A stretch of DNA of 39,744 bases, taken from assembly GCA_030640325.1 (NCBI GenBank), contig DAOWJM010000080.1, positions 1-39,744 on the forward strand. The letters run 5' to 3'. Of this stretch, positions 1 to 8,816 are shown piece after piece. The notes below the pieces were generated by a model. It worked only from the letters and a program-made list of their open reading frames with translations, had not been told where the DNA came from and made no database searches. Source of the stretch: Dehalococcoidia bacterium. Its GTDB lineage: Bacteria; Chloroflexota; Dehalococcoidia; Dehalococcoidales; BS750m-G39. Numbering within the stretch: the first letter of the stretch is position 1; every line of letters begins with the position of its first letter. The translations under genes were made by a program, and so were the position numbers.

Positions 1-624
1 AGCAATATCATGAATAACAATGCCATCATCCTTGGTAGCCAGTATGTCTATGTTATGTGCAGCGCCAGACCTACCGTTAACCTTAGCATCTTCCCTTACC
101 TCGTAGCCATGCCGCTTCAAGTATTCTATAAGCTGTGATTTGGGCTTGACCTCAAACTCCAGCCAGCCTCTCTTTGCCTCATTGAAACCATAAGAATAGA
201 TATTTACCTCGGTAACCTTATCCTGAGGGGTAAGCGTGCCGCATTTTAGGCAGCGCCATTGTATCTCCAGCTGGCTGAATATCTCATAGCAATCATGACA
301 CTTGCACATCAATCCCAGGCTCTGGTAGTCACCACCTCTAACCCGCAGTTCCAGACCACACCTAGGGCATATATACCCCCCACCAGCAACAAACTCATCT
401 TCCAGCCCAACGAACTTGCAGGAGAGATGTTCAAAAACCCTGCCCCGGGCAAAATTCCCCGAACCACATTTAGGACAACGGTTAGATGGTCTTAAATTTA
501 CTGACCAGCACTGGGGACAGCGGAGAAGCGTATCAAAGAAATCCCTTCTCAACGTGCCCTTATCAACCAGGGATTCCAAAATTGATGTGGAGATAACCTT
601 TATTGACTTTATCGGTAGAAGCAT
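1..624 (-). CDS. partial CDS (C-terminus beyond left edge): multi-zinc-ribbon protein with a restriction-endonuclease-like (Mrr-type) C-terminal region
   Basis: My own reverse-strand translation; it is absent from the ORF track because it runs off the edge. Sequence: MLLPIKSIKVISTSILESLVDKGTLRRDFFDTLLRCPQCW..CPKCGS..CPRCG..CKCHDC..CLKCG..LIEYLKRHGYEVREDAKVNGRSGAAHNIDILATKDDGIV. An in-frame TAG lies just upstream of the ATG at 624-622. There are five CxxC pairs, and the tail resembles the Mrr_cat core. The function call is tentative. Confidence 0.55.
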   Translation of the reverse strand, partial: MLLPIKSIKVISTSILESLVDKGTLRRDFFDTLLRCPQCWSVNLRPSNRCPKCGSGNFARGRVFEHLSCKFVGLEDEFVAGGGYICPRCGLELRVRGGDYQSLGLMCKCHDCYEIFSQLEIQWRCLKCGTLTPQDKVTEVNIYSYGFNEAKRGWLEFEVKPKSQLIEYLKRHGYEVREDAKVNGRSGAAHNIDILATKDDGIVIHDIA

Positions 625-641
625 ACAAAATAGAGACCGCG

Positions 642-1451
642 ATGGAAGCTATTTTTATAGTTGTTTTCGCCCTATTAGGGATGACCGTGGCTAGCTTCCT
701 CAATGTCTGTATGGACCGTTTGCCCAGTAATGAGTCGCTCCTCTTCCCTGCCTCTCATTGTGCTTCTTGTCATCACCGCCTAGCGATAAAAGACCTAATT
801 CCTATTTTCAGCTACTTATGGCTACATGGTCGCTGCCGCTACTGCCGAGCTCCTATCCCCAGACGTATACTCGGGGTGGAAATTGGCACTGGGCTCCTGT
901 TCGGTTACCTCTATTGGCACTATGATTTGAGCATTGAATTGGCAGTTGCTGCTCTCTACTGCTGCCTGTTCATCGTTCTTATGGTTGTTGATTTGGAGCA
1001 CGGGCTTATTCTCAATAAGGTGGTTTATCCCACTATGGCAGTGGCTTTGCTCATCAGCGTCTTTTTACCTCCGTCTAAGGTGGCTTATCCTGGCGAGGCA
1101 GCGACCTTACTTTTCAATACCTTTTTACCTGAGCCAGGGATTGCTCAATCTGCTATTGGCGGTGGCATTGGACTGGGGCTATTCCTATTAGTGGTTCTCA
1201 TTTCCAGGGGGGGAATGGGGTGGGGAGATGTTAAAATGGCAGCCCTGATAGGCTTGGTTACTGGCTATTTGATACTTGTTGCCTTATTTATGGCGGTAAT
1301 TCTTGGCGCTTTGGTAGCCGGGAGCCTGCTCCTGCTTAAGATAAAGAGGCGGAAGGAGGGCATTCCCTTCGCTCCCTTCCTCTCTTTAGCCACTATAGTT
1401 ACCCTGTTGTGGGGAAGTAACATCCTTAACTGGTATCTGGGACTATTTTAG
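642..1451 (+). CDS. prepilin peptidase (A24 family, PilD-like)
   Basis: N-terminal Cys box DRLPSNESLLFPASHCASCHHRLAIKDLIPIFSYLWLHGRCRYCRAPI. A24 motif GGMGWGDVKMAALIG. Multiple TM segments. I prefer ATG 642 over the track's TTG 603. Confidence 0.9.
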   Translation: MEAIFIVVFALLGMTVASFLNVCMDRLPSNESLLFPASHCASCHHRLAIKDLIPIFSYLWLHGRCRYCRAPIPRRILGVEIGTGLLFGYLYWHYDLSIELAVAALYCCLFIVLMVVDLEHGLILNKVVYPTMAVALLISVFLPPSKVAYPGEAATLLFNTFLPEPGIAQSAIGGGIGLGLFLLVVLISRGGMGWGDVKMAALIGLVTGYLILVALFMAVILGALVAGSLLLLKIKRRKEGIPFAPFLSLATIVTLLWGSNILNWYLGLF

Positions 1452-1473
1452 CCGCTGTATTATGGCTAACCTC

Positions 1474-1502
1474 TTGACAACTTCCTTTATCTAGGGTAGC
1501 AT
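1474..1502 (+). promoter_or_regulatory. putative sigma70-type promoter (TTGACA-17-TAGCAT)
   Basis: TTGACA at 1474-1479, a 17-nt spacer, TAGCAT at 1497-1502. The -10 ends 22 nt upstream of ATG 1524, and no SD is visible. Confidence 0.4.
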
Positions 1503-1523
1503 AATAGTACTAGGTCAAAAGTA

Positions 1524-1811
1524 ATGGATGGTAGGCAGATAATTAAGATAGAACGCCGAAGGTCTAGCATTGAAGTGATAGCCGATATGTTAAGGCTAGG
1601 TGAAGCTGGCAAGACTGAAATAATGTATAGTGCCAATATGAGCTATAGCCAGCTACAAAAATATCTCAACTTCTTGCTGCAACTGGGGCTAATAAATAAA
1701 GTAACGGTGGGAAATCCAATTGTGACCTATAGAGTGACCAGGAAAGGTCTCAGGCTACTAAGAAATATAGATAGTATCCTAGAAATGCTTGAGTTAGTAG
1801 AGGAGGACTGA
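1524..1811 (+). CDS. winged helix-turn-helix protein (archaeal-type HTH_45 / COG3432-like)
   Basis: RRSSIEVIADMLRLGEAGKTEIMYSANMSYSQLQKYLNFLLQLGLINKV..YRVTRKGLRLL fits the small wHTH regulator pattern. Confidence 0.7.
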   Translation: MDGRQIIKIERRRSSIEVIADMLRLGEAGKTEIMYSANMSYSQLQKYLNFLLQLGLINKVTVGNPIVTYRVTRKGLRLLRNIDSILEMLELVEED

Positions 1812-1957
1812 CCTTTAGGCTTTTGGAGTCTTTTGAATAAATGTGGAGAAAGGCAAGCGCGCTACTAGCATTCATCAACAAGGTGGTAGCGCTAAAAATT
1901 GTCTTAATTCCTTAAACGCTACTATCGATAAGTAACACCAATTGAGGGAGAGATTTT

Positions 1958-2305
1958 ATGGGTGAAAAAAGAATGTTGATAATGCCGGCGGAGCTTATTA
2001 AGAAAATTGATGATAACCGTGGAGATATGAGTCAAGCTGAATTCGTTGATTTTTTGATTGATAGTCAACTAAAAGAAGAGGTCAAAGACCAACAGTATGC
2101 CACCAAGGAAGAATTCCGTTCTTTTGAGCAGGATACGAGGAAGCTTCTGAGGAGCTTCCTCGACTTCTTTGTCAGCTATGGGCTTGAGTTGGGCAAACAA
2201 TCACCCAAAGCTGAATTTGAAGAGCTAAGCAGCAAGCTAGAAGAGCTGGAAAATCACCTAGCCCCTGAAAGCAAGGACAAAGAGGCTAAGATTAAATGGA
2301 AATAG
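1958..2305 (+). CDS. hypothetical protein with an N-terminal ribbon-helix-helix-like segment and an acidic coiled-coil tail
   Basis: SD GAGGGAG lies 7 nt upstream. MLIMPAELIKKIDDNRGDMSQAEFVDFLI resembles a CopG/Arc strand-helix start. A terminator follows the gene. Confidence 0.55.
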   Translation: MGEKRMLIMPAELIKKIDDNRGDMSQAEFVDFLIDSQLKEEVKDQQYATKEEFRSFEQDTRKLLRSFLDFFVSYGLELGKQSPKAEFEELSSKLEELENHLAPESKDKEAKIKWK

Positions 2306-2354
2306 TTTATCGAGCTTAGATAGAAAACTCTCGTTTCCCACGGAAGCGATTTTG

Positions 2355-2384
2355 AACCCCTTCTCCTTTGGAGAGGGGTTTTTT
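2355..2384 (+). terminator. intrinsic terminator
   Basis: AACCCCTTCTCC / GGAGAGGGGTT stem (one bulge), TTTG loop, then a T-run (2379-2384), about 50 nt after stop 2305. Confidence 0.6.
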
Positions 2385-2513
2385 AGTTAACTTCAAGGGT
2401 AGAACATTGTTCTAGAACATAATACCTTCCCTTTGCTAGCGCAATCTGCCATATTCAGAATAGGGAATCGCCATTTGGCGAATATGAGGATATAGATAAA
2501 TGGCGGTGCTAGC

Positions 2514-3086
2514 ATGAACTATATAGCTTTAGGTAGCCTTGGCTTCCTAGTAATACACGTTTTTGACATCGTCTCCCTAAAAAGGATTCCAGCGGCAAAA
2601 CCAGTTACCTGGATAGTAGGTAGTGGCTTACTGGCTTACTCAGTTATAATGGTATGCTTTACTCCAGATAAGCTGCCATTGCCCATTTGGTCAACCTGGT
2701 TAGGCTGGGCATTACTTTCAATCTCCTTCTTTCTGTTGATATATTCCCTGTTTATTCATCTCCCTTTCCGCAAGACATATGTTGCCACTGGTGTTGGGGA
2801 CAAGCTAATAACAACCAGGCTGTATGCCCTTGTCCGTCACCCGTGGATGCATTGGCTTATCCTGGTCATGCTCTCTCTAATTCTAGTTTCAAGGTCAAGC
2901 CTACTGCTTATAGCCTCACCGATATGGATTTTGCTGGATATCCTGTTAGTAGCTATTCAGGACAAGTTCTTCTTCGGCAGGATGTTTGAGGGATATGACA
3001 CCTATAGACGGGAAACACCAATGCTTGTGCCAAATCGACGGAGTATAAGCGCCTTCATAAACTCTCTAAAGCAGGCTGGAGCCTGA
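2514..3086 (+). CDS. membrane methyltransferase family protein (ICMT/PEMT-like)
   Basis: Polytopic protein. RLYALVRHPWMHW and the C-terminal FGRMFEGYDTYRRETPMLVP match the ICMT/phospholipid methyltransferase signature (G.Y..VRHP.Y ... Y..Y...P). Confidence 0.6.
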   Translation: MNYIALGSLGFLVIHVFDIVSLKRIPAAKPVTWIVGSGLLAYSVIMVCFTPDKLPLPIWSTWLGWALLSISFFLLIYSLFIHLPFRKTYVATGVGDKLITTRLYALVRHPWMHWLILVMLSLILVSRSSLLLIASPIWILLDILLVAIQDKFFFGRMFEGYDTYRRETPMLVPNRRSISAFINSLKQAGA

Positions 3087-3111
3087 AATCTGGACCCAAG
3101 GAGGAAATAAA

Positions 3112-4761
3112 ATGACTACAGAAGCTGAATTACTCGTCCAAGGTAAAAATGAAGAACTATGGCAAAGGTGTTGTGGCTTTATTGACCTGAGCTTAGAGGA
3201 TTGCATGAGCATTCAGCGGCGGCTACTAATGGAGCAGCTGGAGCTACTTAAAAGGTGTAAGCTGGGTAAGAGTATCATGCGTGGGGCTGAGCCCAGAACC
3301 GTGGAGGAATTCCGGAGGCAAGTGCCATTAACCACCTATGCTGATTATGAACCATTCCTCTTAACCAAAAATGAGCGTGCCCTACCACAGAAACCGATGC
3401 TTTGGCAACACACCTCAGGCAGGTCTGGTGAGTATCCTTTCAAGTGGGTCCCGGTCACTGCCAGGCAGTTTAAAGAATTACAAGCACTACTGTTTGCCTG
3501 TTTAGCCTTCTCCTGCTGCCAACAAAAGGGCGAAATTGCATACAAGAGAAAGGACAAATTCCTTTATGCTCTAGCCCCTCCACCCTACACTACAGGCTCG
3601 CTAATCCACGCTGCCCCTCATGAATTGTTTGACTTTCTGCCGCCAGTAAAGGCAGCAGAAGGTATGTCTTTTGAGGACAGAGTGCAGCTCGGTTTCAAAC
3701 TGGCTCTATCTGAGGGACTGGACTTATTTTTCGCCTTGTCCAGTGTACTGGTAGCTATTGGTGAACGCTTCAGCCAAAGAAACAGGAGAATCGATATTAA
3801 ACCTCTACTGGGTAATCCTAAGGCTCTATCTCGACTACTAAAAGGATTAATGAAAAGCAAACTAGCTCGCCGTCCAATACTACCCAAGGATATCTGGAGG
3901 CTTAAGGGACTAGTCTCAACCGGCTCAGATGGCTCAGTATTCAGGGAAAAGGTCAAGGAGATGTGGGGGAGGTATCCCCTGGATGTCTATGGTGGCACCG
4001 AGGGCATAATTATGGCTACACAAACATGGGATTATCAGGGTATGACTTTCATACCTCACCTCAACTTCCTAGAGTTTATTCCTCAGGAAGAAAGCCTAAA
4101 ATCCAGAGCTGACCCCTTTTACCAACCAAGCACACTACTTCTAGACGAGGTTAAGCCGGGAGAAAGGTACGAACTCGTAATTACCAACTTTCTCGGTGGA
4201 CCGCTTATTAGGTATAAGCTCGGCGATATGATTAAGATAACATCACTGCGCAATGAACAGCTCAACATAGACATCCCTCAGATGGTATTTCACTCTCGGG
4301 TGGATGATATGATTGACATCGCTGGTTTCACTCGGTTAACAGAAAGGGTCATCTGGCAGGCTATAGAGAACTCAGGGGTAGCCTACAAAGAGTGGACAGT
4401 GCGCAAGGAGGTCAGGGAGAAACCAATACTACACCTATACCTTGAGCTCAGGGAAAACGGGTATGTTACTGAGGAGCAAGTAGCTGAATCGGTACATCAC
4501 GAACTCAAAAGGTTGGATGCTCCCTATGCTGACTTGGAAGTATTTCTAGGTTTAAGACCATTAGAGGTTACTCTACTTCCCGAAAATGCCTTTCAGGGCT
4601 ATATGTCAAGACAGCAAGCAGCTGGTGCTGACCTGGCTCACCTGAAGCCGCCACATATCAACCCGTCTGATAGCATAATAGATTGCCTAGTCAATGGCAC
4701 AGGCAAGATACCAGTAACTAGCAAGCAAAAGCGCCAGCCAGAAACCATTCATAGTAAATAA
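3112..4761 (+). CDS. GH3-family (auxin-responsive-promoter-like) acyl-adenylate-forming enzyme
   Basis: SD AAGGAGG upstream. N-terminal RRQVPLTTYADYEPFL and a WQHTSGRSGE..FKWVP adenylation-type motif. The 549-aa length is typical of bacterial GH3 proteins. Confidence 0.7.
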   Translation: MTTEAELLVQGKNEELWQRCCGFIDLSLEDCMSIQRRLLMEQLELLKRCKLGKSIMRGAEPRTVEEFRRQVPLTTYADYEPFLLTKNERALPQKPMLWQHTSGRSGEYPFKWVPVTARQFKELQALLFACLAFSCCQQKGEIAYKRKDKFLYALAPPPYTTGSLIHAAPHELFDFLPPVKAAEGMSFEDRVQLGFKLALSEGLDLFFALSSVLVAIGERFSQRNRRIDIKPLLGNPKALSRLLKGLMKSKLARRPILPKDIWRLKGLVSTGSDGSVFREKVKEMWGRYPLDVYGGTEGIIMATQTWDYQGMTFIPHLNFLEFIPQEESLKSRADPFYQPSTLLLDEVKPGERYELVITNFLGGPLIRYKLGDMIKITSLRNEQLNIDIPQMVFHSRVDDMIDIAGFTRLTERVIWQAIENSGVAYKEWTVRKEVREKPILHLYLELRENGYVTEEQVAESVHHELKRLDAPYADLEVFLGLRPLEVTLLPENAFQGYMSRQQAAGADLAHLKPPHINPSDSIIDCLVNGTGKIPVTSKQKRQPETIHSK

Positions 4762-6036
4762 ATGATGATAGCAGATATAAATCACAATGGCAGGCGAGCA
4801 GTCGTTACCGGTATAGGGGTTATTAGCCCTATTGGGCTCACAGTTTCCAGTATGTGGGAAGCTCTTGTTTCCGGGAAATCGGGAATTGATTATATTGCTA
4901 GCTTTGACCCTGCGCCCCTTGAGACTAAATTTGCCGCTGAAGCCAACGGGTTTGACCCAAGGGTGTATGTCAACCGAAAAGAAGCGCACCGGATGGATAG
5001 GTTCACCCAGTTTGCTGTAGCTGCCAGTCTCCAGGCAGTGGAATCAGCAGGTTTGAGGATAAACAATGGTAATGCTGAGGAGATCGGCGTTATCATTGGG
5101 AGCAGCGTCGGTGGACTGCTTTCAATTTCTGAACAACTTAAGGTGTTAAGCGAGGCCGGCCCAAGACGGATAAGCCCTATTCTGGCACCGACTATGACCG
5201 GCGATGCTGCCTCGGTACAGGTTTCCTTAATATTGGGTGCCAAGGGACTGAGCTACTCCCCATCTTCAGCCTGCTCCAGCGGCAGTGATGCTATTGGGCA
5301 AGCATATCAGGCGATTAGAGCAGGCGATGCCAAGGTGATGGTAGCTGGCGGCACTGAAGCCCCCGTCGTCCCTCTCATCCTTGCCGCCTTTAACGCTATC
5401 CGTGCCTTATCAACAAGCAATAACGGAGTGCAAGCGGCATGCCGACCGTTTGATGCCGAGCGTGATGGCTTCGTCTTGGGCGAAGGTGCTGCCGTTATGG
5501 TCATTGAAGATGCCAGCCACGCCGCTGAGCGTGGAGCTCCTATCCTGGCTGAAATCGTGGGCTATAGCGCCACTAGCGACGCTTTTCACCTCACTCAGCC
5601 TTCGCCTGATGGTGAGGGTGCCGCCAGAGCATTAAGGTTAGCCCTGAAGAGGGCTAACCTCAGTCCCAGCGATATTGACTATATCAACGCCCATGGCACA
5701 GCTACATTGCTTAATGACCGAACTGAAACCCAGGCTATTAAAAGCGTATTTAACGGAAACGGACATGATGCCTACCGTATTCCCATCTCAGGCACCAAAT
5801 CTATGATAGGGCACCTTATAGGGGCAGCAGGTAGTATTGAGGCTGTGATATGCATCCTGGCCATAAATCATGGCATCGTGCCACCAACTATAAACCTCAC
5901 CCACCCCGACCCCGAGTGTGACCTGGATTATGTGCCTAATAAGGCACGTCCGGTCAAGGTAAAGACCGCCATGTCAAATTCTTTCGGCTTCGGCGGACAT
6001 AACTCTGTGCTCATCTTTCGCCACTACTCGGAATAA
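4762..6036 (+). CDS. fabF: beta-ketoacyl-ACP synthase II
   Basis: RRAVVTGIGVISPIG. Active-site Cys context SSACSSGSDAIGQA. HGTATLLND and GHLIGAAG His motifs. FGFGGHNSVLIF C-terminus. The ATG abuts the GH3 stop (TAAATG). Confidence 0.93.
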   Translation: MMIADINHNGRRAVVTGIGVISPIGLTVSSMWEALVSGKSGIDYIASFDPAPLETKFAAEANGFDPRVYVNRKEAHRMDRFTQFAVAASLQAVESAGLRINNGNAEEIGVIIGSSVGGLLSISEQLKVLSEAGPRRISPILAPTMTGDAASVQVSLILGAKGLSYSPSSACSSGSDAIGQAYQAIRAGDAKVMVAGGTEAPVVPLILAAFNAIRALSTSNNGVQAACRPFDAERDGFVLGEGAAVMVIEDASHAAERGAPILAEIVGYSATSDAFHLTQPSPDGEGAARALRLALKRANLSPSDIDYINAHGTATLLNDRTETQAIKSVFNGNGHDAYRIPISGTKSMIGHLIGAAGSIEAVICILAINHGIVPPTINLTHPDPECDLDYVPNKARPVKVKTAMSNSFGFGGHNSVLIFRHYSE

Positions 6037-6088
6037 CAGCTCACCCCTCAAACCTTCCCTTGATAAACACCCCTATCTAATATTCCTA

Positions 6089-6117
6089 TTGACAACTCTG
6101 AAGCCATAATACATAAT
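6089..6117 (+). promoter_or_regulatory. putative sigma70-type promoter (TTGACA-17-CATAAT)
   Basis: TTGACA at 6089-6094 and CATAAT at 6112-6117, upstream of the GGDEF/HD-GYP gene. Confidence 0.45.
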
Positions 6118-6182
6118 TGCTATTAACAATACATAATGATTTTTTCTATTAGTCGCACCGAGTATCGGAGAAGAATCTCACA

Positions 6183-8690
6183 ATGAATATATGGGCTGTA
6201 ATACCACTCATCAGTTTCTCTACATTTGCCGTCTTAGTTGTAGTAGTCCTACAGCAAGCCCAAAGACGGGCAAATAAAATATTTGCTCTATTTCTTCTTG
6301 CCTCTGGTGTATGGAGTTTTACCTCTTTCATGCTCGTCCGCGATCCATCCTCACCGCATCTAATCTTCTGGAACGTAATGGTTATCGCCGCGATTCCATG
6401 GGTAGCCGTTTGTTATTACCATTTCGTCAGGGCTTACAATAATAAACCGGGGGGAATAGGGTTATATATCGGATATGCTCTTGTTCTAGCTGTTCTAGCA
6501 CTTGGCCTTGGTGGTTATATAGTTAAGAGCGCTTATTTTATTGACGGATTCCTACACCATGATATTGGACCCTGGCCCTATATTATAGGTGGCATCCTTT
6601 TCCCCTTTCTCCTTGCCGCAATGCTGATGCTGGTGCAGAGGTACCGCAGCTCTACAGACCCCACTGACCGCAATAGAACAATGTATTTAATAGCCGGCTC
6701 AGGTATAGCAATGGTGATAACCTATGTTAATCCCCTTACCCCGGCTCTAGCTGGCTTACCCACAGACCACCTCGGTAACCTAGCTAATGCCTTAATAATT
6801 GCCTATGCCATCCAGAGATACCAACTGCTTAACATCAGGCTTGTGGCGCGAAGGGGGCTGACATACCTCATCGCAATAACCTGTCTCATTGGCATTTATG
6901 CAGGTGCGATATTACTGGGGCAAAGGTTCATCCCTGACCAGCCACTTTACAGTATTTTATTACTTGCCTCTGGTTTAGCCCTCTTGCTGGCGCTGCTGGC
7001 TCGCCCGCTAAGGCATTCCATTCAAGAAGGGGTTGACCGTTTCTTCTATCGGGAAACCTATGAGTACCGTCAGACGCTACTCAGCTTCAGCAGTAAAATG
7101 GGCAATATCATCAACTTGAATGAACTGGCGAGCGAAATGTTGCCCGCAGTAACTAAGGCTCTAAATATTACACAAGCAAAATTGCTATTTGAGGATATTA
7201 ATAGTGGTGATTTCACCACGCAATTTGCCTACCCTGAAGCGGAAGGTGAGTCAAGTGAGGAACCTAGATTTAATGTTGATAACCCGATTGTAGTCTGGCT
7301 GGAGAAAGAAGCTAGCCCCCTTGACCTAAAGCAAATTGATAGCATCCCAGAACTTAAGGGATTGTGGCAGGCAGAAAAGGAAAGCCTGGCTGCCTTCAAC
7401 TTAGAAATCCTGTGCCCCATTAAGAGCGGGGGCGGGCTAATTGGCATTCTAGCCCTAGGCAAAAAACAGCGGGGCAACATTTACTCTCATGAAGATATAG
7501 AACTAGTAGTAAATATAGCAAGTCAAGCTAGCATTCTAATTGAAAATGCCCAGCTTTATGCTCAGGCGACAATAAGGGCAAATACCGATGGACTGACAGG
7601 GTTATATAATCACCGCCATTTCCATGAGCGTCTGGAGCAGGAGATTGCCAGAGGTTCTCGCTTCGGCAGCATGTTTTCCCTAATAATGCTAGACATAGAC
7701 CTTTTTAAGGCTTATAACGATATTTACGGACATTTAGCTGGGGATGACGTTCTGCGAAGAACTGGGAGGTACATTGAAAGCTCAATTCGAAGTATAGACC
7801 TAGCCTTTCGTTACGGGGGTGAGGAATTTACCATTATTCTGCCTGAGACACGGATTGATGACGCTTACAGAGTAGCCGAGCGTATTCGTAAAACAATAGA
7901 GTCAAAAACAAGTTCCAGAGCAATGCCTATAACTGCCAGCCTCGGCATAGCCAGTTGGCCAACCGATGGCGTGATGAAAGAAGAAATCATCGCCCGTGCT
8001 GATGCAGCACTGTATCAGGCTAAACAAGCAGGAAGAAATAGAACATGCTTATCCTCGGATGTAGTGAAACCAGAAACGCCCAATATAGGCACAGAGCTTG
8101 AGGCGAGGCCAAGAGCCCTAAGTATTATCTACGCTCTAGCCGCTACTGTTGACGCTAAAGACCACTACACCTACGGTCATTCTAGAAAAGTTAGCGACTA
8201 TTCAGTAGCAATGGCTGAGGCGCTCGGCATGCCTCAGGACAGAATAGCCACAATTCGCGCTGCTAGCTTGCTTCATGATATAGGCAAAGTCGGTATCCCC
8301 GATTCTATACTCAGTAAAGAGGGACCTCTAACTGATGAGGAGTGGGAGCCGGTTAGAGCCCACCCTAAGCTTGGTGTAGAAATACTTAGACACGTCATTG
8401 ATTTAGTTAACTGCCTACCAGCTATCTTGCATCATCACGAACACTATGATGGTAAGGGCTATCCTTCCGGTTTGAAAGGTGATAGTATTCCCATAGAGGG
8501 TCGTATCTTAGCTATAGCCGATGCTTACGATGCCATGACTTCTCCACGACCTTACCGTAAGCAGCTATCATCACAACAAGCCCTTAATGAGTTAAAACGC
8601 TGTGCTGGAACTCAATTTGACCCTGAGCTGGTAGATATCTTCTGTAGGATTATCGAGTCAACCCCATCAAGAAGATTAGAAATAAAGTAA
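6183..8690 (+). CDS. membrane sensor with 7TM N-terminus, GAF-like region, GGDEF diguanylate cyclase and HD-GYP phosphodiesterase domains
   Basis: Seven or more N-terminal TM segments. GGDEF domain with an intact GGEEF and an RSID I-site 5 residues upstream. HD-GYP domain with LLHDIGK and HHHEHYDGKGYP. Confidence 0.9.
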   Translation: MNIWAVIPLISFSTFAVLVVVVLQQAQRRANKIFALFLLASGVWSFTSFMLVRDPSSPHLIFWNVMVIAAIPWVAVCYYHFVRAYNNKPGGIGLYIGYALVLAVLALGLGGYIVKSAYFIDGFLHHDIGPWPYIIGGILFPFLLAAMLMLVQRYRSSTDPTDRNRTMYLIAGSGIAMVITYVNPLTPALAGLPTDHLGNLANALIIAYAIQRYQLLNIRLVARRGLTYLIAITCLIGIYAGAILLGQRFIPDQPLYSILLLASGLALLLALLARPLRHSIQEGVDRFFYRETYEYRQTLLSFSSKMGNIINLNELASEMLPAVTKALNITQAKLLFEDINSGDFTTQFAYPEAEGESSEEPRFNVDNPIVVWLEKEASPLDLKQIDSIPELKGLWQAEKESLAAFNLEILCPIKSGGGLIGILALGKKQRGNIYSHEDIELVVNIASQASILIENAQLYAQATIRANTDGLTGLYNHRHFHERLEQEIARGSRFGSMFSLIMLDIDLFKAYNDIYGHLAGDDVLRRTGRYIESSIRSIDLAFRYGGEEFTIILPETRIDDAYRVAERIRKTIESKTSSRAMPITASLGIASWPTDGVMKEEIIARADAALYQAKQAGRNRTCLSSDVVKPETPNIGTELEARPRALSIIYALAATVDAKDHYTYGHSRKVSDYSVAMAEALGMPQDRIATIRAASLLHDIGKVGIPDSILSKEGPLTDEEWEPVRAHPKLGVEILRHVIDLVNCLPAILHHHEHYDGKGYPSGLKGDSIPIEGRILAIADAYDAMTSPRPYRKQLSSQQALNELKRCAGTQFDPELVDIFCRIIESTPSRRLEIK

Positions 8691-8718
8691 AATCACAAGT
8701 GCTGCACTATTTACACTA

Positions 8719-8795
8719 TGGTGGGCGATACTGGACTTGAACCAGTGACCTCTGCGATGTCAACGCAGTGCTCTAACCAACTGAGCTAACCGCCC
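8719..8795 (-). tRNA. tRNA-Val (GAC)
   Basis: Hand-folded canonical cloverleaf: GGGCGGT..GCTC AGTTGGTTA GAGC..CTGCG TTGACAT CGCAG..ACTGG TTCAAGT CCAGT ATCGCCC A CCA. 77 nt with CCA encoded. Confidence 0.95.
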
Positions 8796-8816
8796 ACCGA
8801 TACAATAGTAATTCTA

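Noticed and set aside
603-641. TTG 603 as the start of the prepilin peptidase (track ORF).
   Set aside because: It would overlap the divergent gene's start (624). ATG 642 begins exactly at the first TM helix (MEAIFIVVFALLG). The start remains unverified.
259-694. Plus-strand ORFs 259-495 and 416-694.
   Set aside because: They are antisense to the much more protein-like zinc-ribbon reading frame on the minus strand.
6183-8690. The GGDEF plus HD-GYP fusion as something novel.
   Set aside because: Composite c-di-GMP turnover proteins with sensor N-termini are common. Both catalytic motifs look canonical, so it is annotated but not flagged.
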